A stretch of 64,000 bases of DNA from assembly GCA_965262925.1 (NCBI GenBank), contig CBDHGC010000004.1, positions 2,385,112 through 2,449,111 of the forward strand, in the 5' to 3' direction. Source of the DNA: Vicinamibacterales bacterium (GTDB taxonomy: Bacteria; Acidobacteriota; Vicinamibacteria; Vicinamibacterales; UBA8438). The position numbers were made by a program, and so were the translations under genes. Under the pieces are notes generated by a model, which was given only the letters and a program-made list of their open reading frames with translations, had not been told where the DNA came from and searched no databases. This document shows positions 1 through 8,074 of the stretch, one piece after another. How positions within the stretch are numbered: position 1 is the stretch's first letter; the number at the start of each line of letters is the position of its first letter.

Positions 1-297
1 GTCGCCTTCGACGGCTGCGATTGCCAGCGTTTGCGTGATTTCGCGTGCCGCCTGCTCCTGCGCCCCGTACGAGTCGGTTCCGCAGTCGTCGGCCGGCTCG
101 AAGTACCCGAGCATCAGCGCGTCTCGCACCGTGCTCACGCTCGTTTCGTGCGCTCTCGTCACCACGATTTCGACGTCGTCGATCATGACCTCGTCGGGCG
201 GTCCGTCAAAGACAAAGTCGGTGTCCGGGCGCAACTCCTTGGCCGCGTGGCCCTCGCTCGTTCCGCTTCCGTCGAACGTTCGGTGTCTGTTGACCAT
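1..297 (-). CDS. hypothetical protein, 3' end off the left window edge
   Basis: ATG at 295-297 (minus) opens a frame with no stop down to position 1 (MVNRHRTFDGSGTSEGHAAKELRPDTDFVFDGPPDEVMIDDVEIVV...). Third positions are G/C-rich. It is absent from the ORF track because it has no stop inside the window. Confidence 0.4.
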   Translation of the reverse strand, partial: MVNRHRTFDGSGTSEGHAAKELRPDTDFVFDGPPDEVMIDDVEIVVTRAHETSVSTVRDALMLGYFEPADDCGTDSYGAQEQAAREITQTLAIAAVEGD

Positions 298-356
298 CTG
301 TGTCTTGTCGTTTTCTCGTCGTACTGTTCGGACGCGGCTGCGCCTCGCTTCGCGCC

Positions 357-380
357 GAAACCGCAACGCGTTGCGGTTTC
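357..380. repeat. REP-like palindrome copy 1 (GAAACCGCAACGCGTTGCGGTTTC)
   Basis: Perfect 24-nt palindrome containing the 16-nt core CCGCAACGCGTTGCGG that recurs 9 times in the window. Confidence 0.85.
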
Positions 381-548
381 GGCGGCTCTCCGCACGCTTC
401 GGCGTGTCGTGCGGTTGTCGCGGTCGTGCTGGTGGCCCGACGTCGTGCGGTCGCGTTCGCGCGTTGCGCGTGCCGTTCCTGCGGTTGTCAGGAGCTTGCT
501 GGCCTGCCGGTGTCTTGTTGCGCCGCTCGATGTGCTCGGCGTTCCTCG

Positions 549-1160
549 TCAACCACGTCCAGACGTGTTCGTGCCAGGAGTGCTTGTACTCGCTTCTGGT
601 GGCCCTGCAGTTGATCGTCGGCGGCTTTCGCCGGAGCACCGCGTTGCCTTCGACGGTTTCGCCTTCGTCTTGACGATCATTGGGCAGAACTGGCTCTCGT
701 CCCGGGACCAGTGCATTTGCCCTGCGGCGCGCAGGACCGTCGCCCCGCCACCGAACGTGACCGCGTACACGGTTCCGAACCGTTCGATCAGCGTCTCGTA
801 CGCCGCTTGCGGCGGTCGCTTCTTCGTCACCGCCAGCCACTCGTTGGCGATGCGTTGGCCTCGTGCCGCAACGTCGATGCATCGACCGGCTTCGTGCGAC
901 AGGAGCGCGCGTTCCTCTCGCTGTTCCCAGCTCGACTTGGCGTGTCTCTTCAGCAGCTCCGTGGCGCGCCGGCGCAGCAGCTGCGCGACCAGCTCGGCGC
1001 TGCCGATCATCCCGGACAGCATCGGCATCGCGTCGTCGTCTTCGACGAGTTCTCCGATGATCGCGGTCCGCACCGTTACGGTGTCGTCCGGCCACACGCA
1101 CGCGGAATGGATCGCGTCCGGTGTGCGCCAGTCGTACCGGTTCGTCATTTTCATCTCCAC
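549..1160 (-). CDS. hypothetical protein, apparently frame-broken near 615-632
   Basis: Track ORF (MEMKMTNRYDWRTPDAIHSACVWPDD...). G/C third-position bias is good until about 630. The bias then continues in the adjacent minus frame (KPPTINCRATRSEYKHSWHEHVWTWLTRNAEHIERRNK), which stays open to the window edge. This gene is last in the SSB-clamp gene string. Confidence 0.5.
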   Translation of the reverse strand: MEMKMTNRYDWRTPDAIHSACVWPDDTVTVRTAIIGELVEDDDAMPMLSGMIGSAELVAQLLRRRATELLKRHAKSSWEQREERALLSHEAGRCIDVAARGQRIANEWLAVTKKRPPQAAYETLIERFGTVYAVTFGGGATVLRAAGQMHWSRDESQFCPMIVKTKAKPSKATRCSGESRRRSTAGPPEASTSTPGTNTSGRG

Positions 1161-1200
1161 GTATTCTTCGTTTTCTGTATTTGGGTGTCGCCCGGTCTTC

Positions 1201-2034
1201 TCAGTCGAGGTGCGGGTCTCGTCCGTCCAGCCTCGACGTCATGATCAGGAAGCGCTCGCTCCCTTCGTCGTTTTCCATTCGCAGGGGCATGTCGAATCGC
1301 GCGACCGTCAACACGCTGGTCTCCCCGGTCATCGTGCGCAGCGTGTCCATCAGTAGCGGGTGCCGGATCCCGAAGACGATCGCGTTGTCCGCGTTCTCGT
1401 CTCCTGGCGCCACTCGTCCGCCCTTGTCGTCGCTGTCGCGCAGCTCGCGCTCGAGCGTTCCCCAGATTCGCAGCGCATCCCGGCTGCTCTCCATCCGGCA
1501 TACCCGGTGGTAGTTGTGCACGCCCTTGTAGGGTCCGTTCTTGCGTACCATCTCGAGCGCTTCGCGCCGGTTCATCCGGATTACGTGCGGCGCCAGGATC
1601 GCCTGGTTTCCGCCGTCGATCAGCCGTTCGAACGTGTCGAGCGGGTACGTGGTCGCCGCGGGCCATTCGGCCGCCTCGGTCGTTTCCTCGCCGATGTGCA
1701 CGATGGGTCCGTAGCTGTCCTTCACCGTCCGGCGGCTGATGCGCACGGTTGGCGCTCGCATGGTTCGCGCGAGTCTCTTGATTCCCTCGATTGGGAGTGC
1801 GACGTCGAACAGCTCTTTGTCGCTGTCGCGCGTTGCGCCTTTCAGCACTACCTGGGCCAGGCGTGCTCCCTCGGTCGCCAGCAGCTCCGGCTGCTCGGCC
1901 CCTGGGCGCCATATCAGTCGGCACCCGACCATTCGCGTCGCCACGCGTACGACCGCCTCGGCGATCCGCATGCCTTCCCGCAGCCGTCGGCTGGCCTGGC
2001 CCTGAAACGTCAGCGTCGCTTCGATGTCGCTCAT
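1201..2034 (-). CDS. DnaN-like sliding-clamp paralog 1 (short, about 278 aa)
   Basis: Internal ATG at 2034 overlaps the stop of the upstream gene (ATGA). The N-terminal part has a clamp-like L-L-A-T-E-G-A-R-L segment. The C-terminus (AIVFGIRHPLLMDTLRTMTGETSVLTVARFDMPLRMENDEGSERFLIMTSRL) matches the DnaN domain III ending (...GFNxxYLxDxL...YxxMPMRL). The 452-aa track ORF has an Arg-rich N-terminal extension that I reject. Confidence 0.65.
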   Translation of the reverse strand: MSDIEATLTFQGQASRRLREGMRIAEAVVRVATRMVGCRLIWRPGAEQPELLATEGARLAQVVLKGATRDSDKELFDVALPIEGIKRLARTMRAPTVRISRRTVKDSYGPIVHIGEETTEAAEWPAATTYPLDTFERLIDGGNQAILAPHVIRMNRREALEMVRKNGPYKGVHNYHRVCRMESSRDALRIWGTLERELRDSDDKGGRVAPGDENADNAIVFGIRHPLLMDTLRTMTGETSVLTVARFDMPLRMENDEGSERFLIMTSRLDGRDPHLD

Positions 2035-2774
2035 TCGCTCAGCCTGTACGGCATCAGCACGTAGTGCTCCGAGCCGTCTGTCGACGCGATGTGGACCGAC
2101 CTGTCCGGCCCCTTGAGCGTCATCACTGCTTCGGTTCCGCTGATGCTGCGCAGCGTCTCGACCAGCATCTGGTGGCTCACTCCGATCGTCACCGGCCGCT
2201 TGCACCCGATCACTCCCCTGGAGATCAGTGCGCCCGGGCCGTCGTCGGCCGCGGCGCTGGCGCGTTGGCTCTGCCAGACGTGCACCCCGTCGCGCCTTAC
2301 GAGCAGCCGGCAGGCGCGGTCCGGGTTCACCTCGCCCGGCCGGGGGTGCCATTGCCCGATCTTCCTGATGGCCGCGGCCGTCTCGATTCCTGCAGTCACC
2401 GTTCCCGCTGCTTCCGTCTTCCGCCAGCGCCGGAACGTGCTTCCGATCCAGGTTCGGGCGGGCTCCTGGCGCTGCGTCGTCCTCTCGGTTGCGTACTCGA
2501 TGTCGAGCACGGCGCATTCCCCGTGCTTTCCGATTCGGATGCGGCGTGGCGCCGTGCACGTGGCGATCGTCCGTACGGTCGCCAGCGAGATCGCCAGCTC
2601 GAAGTCCTCCACCGGCGTCGGCTTGCCCAGCGGGAGCCGGACCTCAGCTATCCGTCTGCCGTCACCTGCGGACAGCATCGCGTTCGGTTCGCCCGCGGTC
2701 GCCACCAGCTGGCACGCCGGTCCGGCGCTGCAGCGGCGCTCCTGCGTTTGCAGGATTCGGCGGGCCGCCGTCAT
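2031..2774 (-). CDS. DnaN-like sliding-clamp paralog 2 (short)
   Basis: C-terminus TIGVSHQMLVETLRSISGTEAVMTLKGPDRSVHIASTDGSEHYVLMPYRL resembles the DnaN C-terminal motif. Homology to the N-terminus of paralog 3 (PDGAVVFDDIARLKHAMTAARR) extends upstream of the annotated ATG, where no start codon exists. See the finding on the 2829 junction. Confidence 0.6.
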   Translation of the reverse strand: MTAARRILQTQERRCSAGPACQLVATAGEPNAMLSAGDGRRIAEVRLPLGKPTPVEDFELAISLATVRTIATCTAPRRIRIGKHGECAVLDIEYATERTTQRQEPARTWIGSTFRRWRKTEAAGTVTAGIETAAAIRKIGQWHPRPGEVNPDRACRLLVRRDGVHVWQSQRASAAADDGPGALISRGVIGCKRPVTIGVSHQMLVETLRSISGTEAVMTLKGPDRSVHIASTDGSEHYVLMPYRLSE

Positions 2775-3747
2775 CGCGTGCTTGAGTCTCGCGATGTCGT
2801 CGAATACGACTGCTCCGTCTGGTGCTGCACTCCTTCCACCGCTGGGTCTCGTCGGCGTCCACCGTGTGTGGCTCCACCTTGGTCTTCCCGTCGTCGCTCG
2901 CGGATGTGGTCTCGTGCTTCCCGTTGCCGTTCGGTCGCGGATTGCTGAGCGCGAACGCGCTGATCACGTACCGTTCTCCGCCGCTGGTTGCGCCCATGTG
3001 GATCGGTTTGCGCGGGTCCTCGATCACCATCCAGACGGTTGACCCCGTCATCGTGCGCAGCGTCTCCACGACGTGCCGGTGCCGCATCCCGAAGACCATG
3101 CGTTTGCCGAATCGTGCGACTCTGTCGGCGACCTTTCGTCCCGGCTCGGTCTCTTCCACAGCCGGCTCGTGCGTCGTCGGCCATACCCGCAGTCCGTCCT
3201 GCGCGATCTCGAAGCGGCAGATCCCGTCCGGGTTGTACTCGTCTCCTGTCGGCGCGCTTGCGTGCAGTGTCTTCAGCGCCTCGGTGCGCGGCATCTCGGC
3301 TACTGCCGCGTACGGTGGCTCCTGCTCGATGATCCGGTTGTCTTCGCGTCCGAAGGCGACCACGCACCCGTCGCCGTTGCGGCCGATGCGCACCATCGTG
3401 GTCTGTCGCGCGTTGGCGATCGTCCGTACAGCTTCGAGCGGCATCGCTACGTCGAACTCCTGCTCGATCGACGATTCGCGAATCGGCGTAACGTCGACCA
3501 CGCACAGCCGGTGACCGTCGGTTGCCATGATCTCGGCCGTATGCTGCCCCTTGCGCGAGATCACCCGGCATGCGGCGTCCGCGCGTGCCGACGGCTCGTG
3601 CGTCCGCAGCACCGTTCGTGCTGCCTTCATTGCCTTCTTCAGGCGGGCCACGTTCGCGAAGACCAGCTCGCCGTCCGGGGCTGCCGCCTTCCACGCGCTT
3701 GCGTGTTGCGGCTTTGCGGTCGCCCGTTGTTCTGCTTCTGGATGCAC
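2662..3747 (-). CDS. DnaN-like sliding-clamp paralog 3
   Basis: Contains IMATDGHRLCVVDV (the DnaN ATDGHRLA motif) and a DnaN-like C-terminal block VFGMRHRHVVETLRTMTGSTVWMVIEDPRKPIHMGATSGGERYVISAFAL. The last ~60 codons (below about 2830) lose codon bias and overlap paralog 2, so the real C-terminus is probably earlier or continues in another frame. Confidence 0.65.
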   Translation of the reverse strand: MHPEAEQRATAKPQHASAWKAAAPDGELVFANVARLKKAMKAARTVLRTHEPSARADAACRVISRKGQHTAEIMATDGHRLCVVDVTPIRESSIEQEFDVAMPLEAVRTIANARQTTMVRIGRNGDGCVVAFGREDNRIIEQEPPYAAVAEMPRTEALKTLHASAPTGDEYNPDGICRFEIAQDGLRVWPTTHEPAVEETEPGRKVADRVARFGKRMVFGMRHRHVVETLRTMTGSTVWMVIEDPRKPIHMGATSGGERYVISAFALSNPRPNGNGKHETTSASDDGKTKVEPHTVDADETQRWKECSTRRSSRIRRHRETQARDDGGPPNPANAGAPLQRRTGVPAGGDRGRTERDAVRR

Positions 3748-3951
3748 CTGTAGCTCCCTGGCCGCATCTGCGGCTCGTTCGTGCGACTCTCGGTGTCCGG
3801 CGTCGTCGATTGCGCCCGGGGCGTGTTGCCGCGGTCGCTCGGTGTGAGCGTCTTGTGACGTTGCTCAGGTGGGCCGGTCCGGCGGACGGGGTGCTTGCTT
3901 ATCGCCGTACTCGAGCTGGGTCGGTCCGGCGGACGGGATGCTTGCTTGCAA

Positions 3952-3967
3952 CCGCAACGCGTTGCGC
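3952..3967. repeat. REP-like palindrome copy 2
   Basis: CCGCAACGCGTTGCGC (15/16 match to core) in the SSB-clamp intergenic region. Confidence 0.8.
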
Positions 3968-4011
3968 TTTCTGACCGCGCTGCCGCGCGTCAGAACGTAC
4001 CGTGGTACTCG

Positions 4012-4629
4012 CTAGAACGGAACGTCATCCTCGATGAGGTCGGTCTGCTGTGGTGGTGCAGCGCGCCACGGTTCGCCGAGATCGTCGTCGGCCGGCGGTT
4101 GCGCGTGCTCGTCGAGCGGGGTCTCGTTCCGGTAGTCGGCGGCTTCGTCCACTCGGCTGTGGTCGTAGCCACCGCCGCCCTGGTTGTCCTGCGCCGGCGG
4201 GTTCTCCTGGTCCGCGATCAGCTTGCCGATCTTGGGGAACGGCTTGCGGTCGATCGCGTCGGCGTGCATCTCGTAGCTCTCGCGCAGGTTGCCGTCGCGC
4301 CCTTCCCAGACGTCGATCAGGAGCAGACCCGCCACGTGCACGCGGTCCTTGTTCTGGAACTCGTTGAGGACGTCGGCCAGCTCGTTGAACGCCTTCACGC
4401 GGATGAACGCCGGCGTGTCGCGCTCCATCTTCTGCCGGCCGTCGTACAGCCCGACCAGGAGCGTCGCTTCCGTCCACGGCGTTCCCTGCTGGGAGTACCG
4501 CTTGACGGGTCCGTCCTTGACGATTCGTCCTTCGATGATCGCCGACCCGAGCCGGAACGTTCCCTTTGTCGCCTTCTGGCGCTGGTTTCCGCGTTGTCCG
4601 CGGCCCTGTCCCTGCTGGTTGTCTCTCAT
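4012..4629 (-). CDS. ssb: single-stranded DNA-binding protein
   Basis: N-terminal OB-fold-like region (GRIVKDGPVKRYSQQGTPWTEATLLVGLYD...FIRVKAFNELADV), a Gly/Gln/Pro-rich linker, and the acidic tail ending DLIEDDVPF, which is the canonical SSB C-terminal DDD-I/V-PF tip. Confidence 0.9.
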   Translation of the reverse strand: MRDNQQGQGRGQRGNQRQKATKGTFRLGSAIIEGRIVKDGPVKRYSQQGTPWTEATLLVGLYDGRQKMERDTPAFIRVKAFNELADVLNEFQNKDRVHVAGLLLIDVWEGRDGNLRESYEMHADAIDRKPFPKIGKLIADQENPPAQDNQGGGGYDHSRVDEAADYRNETPLDEHAQPPADDDLGEPWRAAPPQQTDLIEDDVPF

Positions 4630-5268
4630 CCTTCAGTCTCCTGGGTAGCCCGAAGCGTAGCGGACGAAACTTACGCGCAAGGCCGCCTCGGCGCCTCCTT
4701 GCGTTGCTTTGTTCCGGCGCCTGTGGCGCCCTCTCGTTGTTCGGTGCGCGCGTAGCGCGGTTGGCGTGGAAAATCGTTCGCGCAGCGAACCTGGCTCGGC
4801 CGGCGGTCCCGGTCGGATGCAGCCGTTCACTTGTTCCATTCTCTCATTCTCCGCTCCCCTCCCGTGGTCCGTCTTCTGTTGCCGGGCCGCGTCTGCGTGG
4901 CCCGGCTGGTCCGCAGGACCGTCGCTTTTCTCCTGTTTCGCGCGGTTCCACCGTGCGTTGTCGTTTGGTCGGGGTCCCCGCTACCCGTCTTCGGGGGCTC
5001 TCGTACGTAGACTCTGCCGACCGGCGCAGCCGGTTCCGTCTCTTGCGGAACGCTCGTGCCGCCCTGGAGGTCCCCGTCGTGTCTGCCCAAGCCGAAGCGA
5101 AAGCGGAAGCCCGTGAGTTTTCCGACGTCTGGGGTGAGTTCATCCACTCGGGTCGCTGGTACCGCGGGATCACCTTGTTTCTGACCCTTGCAACCTCGTT
5201 CAGCTCGTCATCATCGCTATCGTGGTCACTCGTCCGGACTCTCTTCCTCTCGTCGTGCGCGTCGATGA

Positions 5269-5757
5269 GGTCGGCCGCGCCGAGGTGGTGGATTATCAGC
5301 TCGACCGGGCGAGCTGGATCAGAACAGCCCCGTCGTCGGCTTCTTTCTGAATCAGTTCGTCGTCGATCACTACTCGCGCCGGCATGCGCTGCGCGCCGAG
5401 CGGTGGGAGCGTTCGCTGCTCTTTCTGACTCCGGATCTGCAGCAGTCCGCGTACGATCGCGACGTCGAGTCCCTCAGCGCGTTTCTTGCGTCGACCGAGG
5501 CGTCCGAGCTGTTGATTCAGGACATCGTCGTCCGCGTGATTCCGCAGCCGCAGCCGCCGTACCGTGCGGAGGTGCTGTTCGATCGGGTCGAGATTTACGG
5601 CACCTCCGAGATCTCGCGTGAACAGATGACGCTGTCGGTTCAGTTCCTCTTCGCCGAGGACATTCCGTCGGAAGCGTTGCTGATCAATCCCCTCGGTCTC
5701 GTGGTCATCTTCATGGACGTGCAGCGCCAGCTCATCGGCGTCGGAGACCTCCGCTAG
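5269..5757 (+). CDS. hypothetical protein; frame open from 5269 but first canonical start is TTG at 5512
   Basis: Strong G/C third-position bias in this plus frame (…FFLNQFVVDHYSRRHALRAERWERSLLFLTPDLQQSAYDRDVESLSAFLASTEASELLIQDIVVRVIPQPQ…). The antisense 164-aa track ORF is a shadow. The stop TAG (5755-5757) lies inside the CTAG target of the adjacent IS. Confidence 0.35.
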   Translation, partial: GRPRRGGGLSARPGELDQNSPVVGFFLNQFVVDHYSRRHALRAERWERSLLFLTPDLQQSAYDRDVESLSAFLASTEASELLIQDIVVRVIPQPQPPYRAEVLFDRVEIYGTSEISREQMTLSVQFLFAEDIPSEALLINPLGLVVIFMDVQRQLIGVGDLR

Positions 5758-7359
5758 GAGTCTGCGCCGCAGGAGATTTGCGGCACGCAACGGGTCGCCG
5801 GCACACGACCTGAGTCACGTGTCGGGGCGACTTCGCCGGTCGGCAGGGCGGGGTGGATTTTCGGTAGTTGGCGAACAGATGACAAAATTCGGTCCTCGCG
5901 GGCCGTATGGCCCGCCAGAGACCGCGATGCGCGTCGATTTGTCGCCGTTGTGAGCCTCAGATCCCGCCTTCTACGCCGCCATCAGCGGCTGCAGGCGCTT
6001 GACGTTCAACGCCAGGCACACCAGGTCCCACTCGCACCGCACCTTCGCCAGCCCACGCAGGCTGAAGCGCCGAAACCCCAGCACGTGCTTGATCCAGCCG
6101 TTGGGAGCCTCCGACAACCACTTGCGCTCCGCATACGCCGTCCGGCCCGCCGGCGTCGCCAGCTTCTCCACCATGCGACCCGTCGCCGGATGGGCCTTCA
6201 GATCGCGGGTAGCCGTCTGCTTGCCCTCCCGGCCCGGCGCCACATACCCGTCAATGCTCCGCTTTTCCAGGTCCGTCAGGTCCCGCTCGTTGCAGTACCC
6301 CGCATCGGCCAGCACCGTCTCCGGCTGCGCGGCGAACGTCTCCTTTACCGCGTCGAGCAACACCGGCAACTCACCCTGGTCGCTCGCGTTCGCCGTCAGG
6401 TCCGTCGCCACCACCAACTGGTGCTCCGCGTCCACCGTCACCTGCGCGTTGTAGCACTGCTGGAATCCCTCGTTGCTCGTCTTCATGATCGAGCTTTCCG
6501 GGTCCGTGAAGTTGCTCTGCGCTTTCTCGTCCGGCTCGCCATACGCCCGCTTGTACGGCTGACCGCCCTTCGGGTTCCGATCCTGCCCCGGCTGCCGACC
6601 CCGCGCGGCGTCCGCCGACCGAGCCGCCGCTTCCAGACGCGCCTTCGCTTCCCGGATCGCCGCCAGACGCTCTTCTCGCCGACGCAACTCCGCCGGCAGA
6701 TCATCGCCCCGAACCTCCGCGCCCAAGCGCGCGTCCTCGGCCTCGTCAACCGCATCCGCCTGACGCAACAGCGCCTCGATCTCGCTTTCCAGGCGCTGTT
6801 CCTCTTCCTGCATCCGGTCGTAGCTCATCGCCTTGCGCTTGCTCGCGTTCGCGCGCACCTTCGTCCCGTCGATCGACAGCTTCCCCAAGCGCGCCAGACC
6901 CAACTCCTGCGCCAGACGGACCACCTCCACGAACAGCGCCTGGAAATCCTCCAGGTGCCGACGCCGAAACTCGCACAGCGTCCGGTGTTGCGGAAAGTTG
7001 CCCGCCGCCAGCACCCGGAAACCAACGTCCTCTTCCAGCTTCCGAGCGACCCGGCGCGACGAGAACACCCCCGTCGCGTAGGCATAGAGCAGCACCTTCA
7101 CCATCATCCGAGGCTCGTACGGCGCGTTGCGACGGCCGTCCCCCTCGTACAGAGCGTAGAACGCCGTCAAATCCAGACCGTCCACCAGATCGCTGACATG
7201 GTGCGCCAAGTGGCCCTCCGGCAGCCACTCCCGAACGTCGGGCGGCAACAGCAGCGACTGGTCAGGCACATAGGGGCGGAATGTGGTCGACATCGAGTCC
7301 TTCCGTCGTCGGCTCGCCTACAATTGTCGCATCTGTTTTTCTGCGGCGCAGACTCCTAG
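5753..7359 (-). mobile_element. IS5/IS1182-superfamily insertion sequence (about 1.6 kb) flanked by CTAG
   Basis: Terminal inverted repeats: CTAGGAGTCTGCGCCGCAG at 5753-5771 and its exact reverse complement CTGCGGCGCAGACTCCTAG at 7341-7359. The outer CTAG on each side is consistent with a 4-bp target duplication. The element encloses one transposase ORF. Confidence 0.85.
5971..7293 (-). CDS. DDE transposase, IS5/IS1182-like
   Basis: N-terminal InsH-type motif (FRPYVPDQSLLLPPDVREWLPEGHLAHHVSDLVDGLDL), a coiled-coil middle, and a C-terminal DDE_Tnp_1-like region (VLADAGYCNE...WIKHVLGFRRFSLRGLAKVRCEWDLVCLALNVKRL). Confidence 0.9.
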   Translation of the reverse strand: MSTTFRPYVPDQSLLLPPDVREWLPEGHLAHHVSDLVDGLDLTAFYALYEGDGRRNAPYEPRMMVKVLLYAYATGVFSSRRVARKLEEDVGFRVLAAGNFPQHRTLCEFRRRHLEDFQALFVEVVRLAQELGLARLGKLSIDGTKVRANASKRKAMSYDRMQEEEQRLESEIEALLRQADAVDEAEDARLGAEVRGDDLPAELRRREERLAAIREAKARLEAAARSADAARGRQPGQDRNPKGGQPYKRAYGEPDEKAQSNFTDPESSIMKTSNEGFQQCYNAQVTVDAEHQLVVATDLTANASDQGELPVLLDAVKETFAAQPETVLADAGYCNERDLTDLEKRSIDGYVAPGREGKQTATRDLKAHPATGRMVEKLATPAGRTAYAERKWLSEAPNGWIKHVLGFRRFSLRGLAKVRCEWDLVCLALNVKRLQPLMAA

Positions 7360-7366
7360 GACCTCG

Positions 7367-8023
7367 ATGCCAGTGGCAGCGACCGCGGACTACCTCGACC
7401 CGGCGCGCCGGCCTCAGCCGGTTGCGCCGGGGTCGGTCGCCGGGTTGCTCGCGCTCTGCGATAACGGCATCTCGACGTCTCAAGCCCAGTTCGCTGCCTT
7501 CGTCATGTCCACCGGTGGCGTCTTCACCGGCCCGCAGGCCGAGGTCTGGCTCGATGCGTGTGTTCCTGGGTGGAGTCCGGATTCGGCGGCGAACGTTCGT
7601 CGGGATTACCGTACCAAGTTCCTTCGTCCGCTCTTCCATCCCCGTTTTCGGGGTGGCAAGTGGAGCGCGCTTACCTCGGCGCAGGTATCGCGGTCATCGA
7701 TGTCGAGCTGGCCGCGGCTGCCGGTCTCGGGCTTTTGTGCCTGCACGGCGAGTGGCTTGAGAACGAGATCTTTCTCGCTGAGTGTTATCCCCAGGACCGC
7801 TTCGACGTCTTCCGCGCTCGTGCCCCTCACCTGTTCGAGGGTGTCAATCCGGTCCTGGTCGACTCCGACGCGGAGCCTCGCTGATTTCCCTCTTCACTGT
7901 GCGTGTTCTCGACGGTCCCCGTTGGCCCTCGCTCGTCTGATTCTCTGTTCGCGTCCTTGTGGGCCTTCGCGGTCCCTCCCTCCTCGCACTCGGTCCGCGA
8001 TCGCGCTCTTCCTTGCTGATTGA
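7367..8023 (+). CDS. hypothetical protein (extent uncertain)
   Basis: ATG at 7367, immediately after the IS end. Codon bias is good only to about 7690 (MPVAATADYLDPARRPQPVAPGSVAGLLALCDNGISTSQAQFAAFVMSTGGVFTGPQAEVWLDACVPGWSPD...). A convergent minus ORF (7606-7830) competes for the remainder. Confidence 0.3.
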   Translation: MPVAATADYLDPARRPQPVAPGSVAGLLALCDNGISTSQAQFAAFVMSTGGVFTGPQAEVWLDACVPGWSPDSAANVRRDYRTKFLRPLFHPRFRGGKWSALTSAQVSRSSMSSWPRLPVSGFCACTASGLRTRSFSLSVIPRTASTSSALVPLTCSRVSIRSWSTPTRSLADFPLHCACSRRSPLALARLILCSRPCGPSRSLPPRTRSAIALFLAD

Positions 8024-8074
8024 AGCGCTCCCTTCAGATCTGTCGCGTCGTGCTGCGGCTCGGTCCTCGCTCGC

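Noticed and set aside
1151-1924. Arg-rich 257-aa minus ORF and other alternative-frame ORFs over the clamp genes (1360-2064, 1791-2948, 2771-3694, 3073-3753)
   Set aside because: Extreme Arg/Pro/Gly composition and low third-position bias. The DnaN-like frames explain the region.
5950-7359. 469-aa plus-strand ORF antisense to the IS transposase. Similar long antisense ORFs lie at 8902-10359, 10383-11600, 24119-26188, 38344-39291, 50342-52033 and 62036-63943.
   Set aside because: These are typical shadow ORFs of GC-rich DNA. They are Arg/Leu/Pro-rich low-complexity translations with no motifs, each mirroring a confidently identified gene on the other strand.
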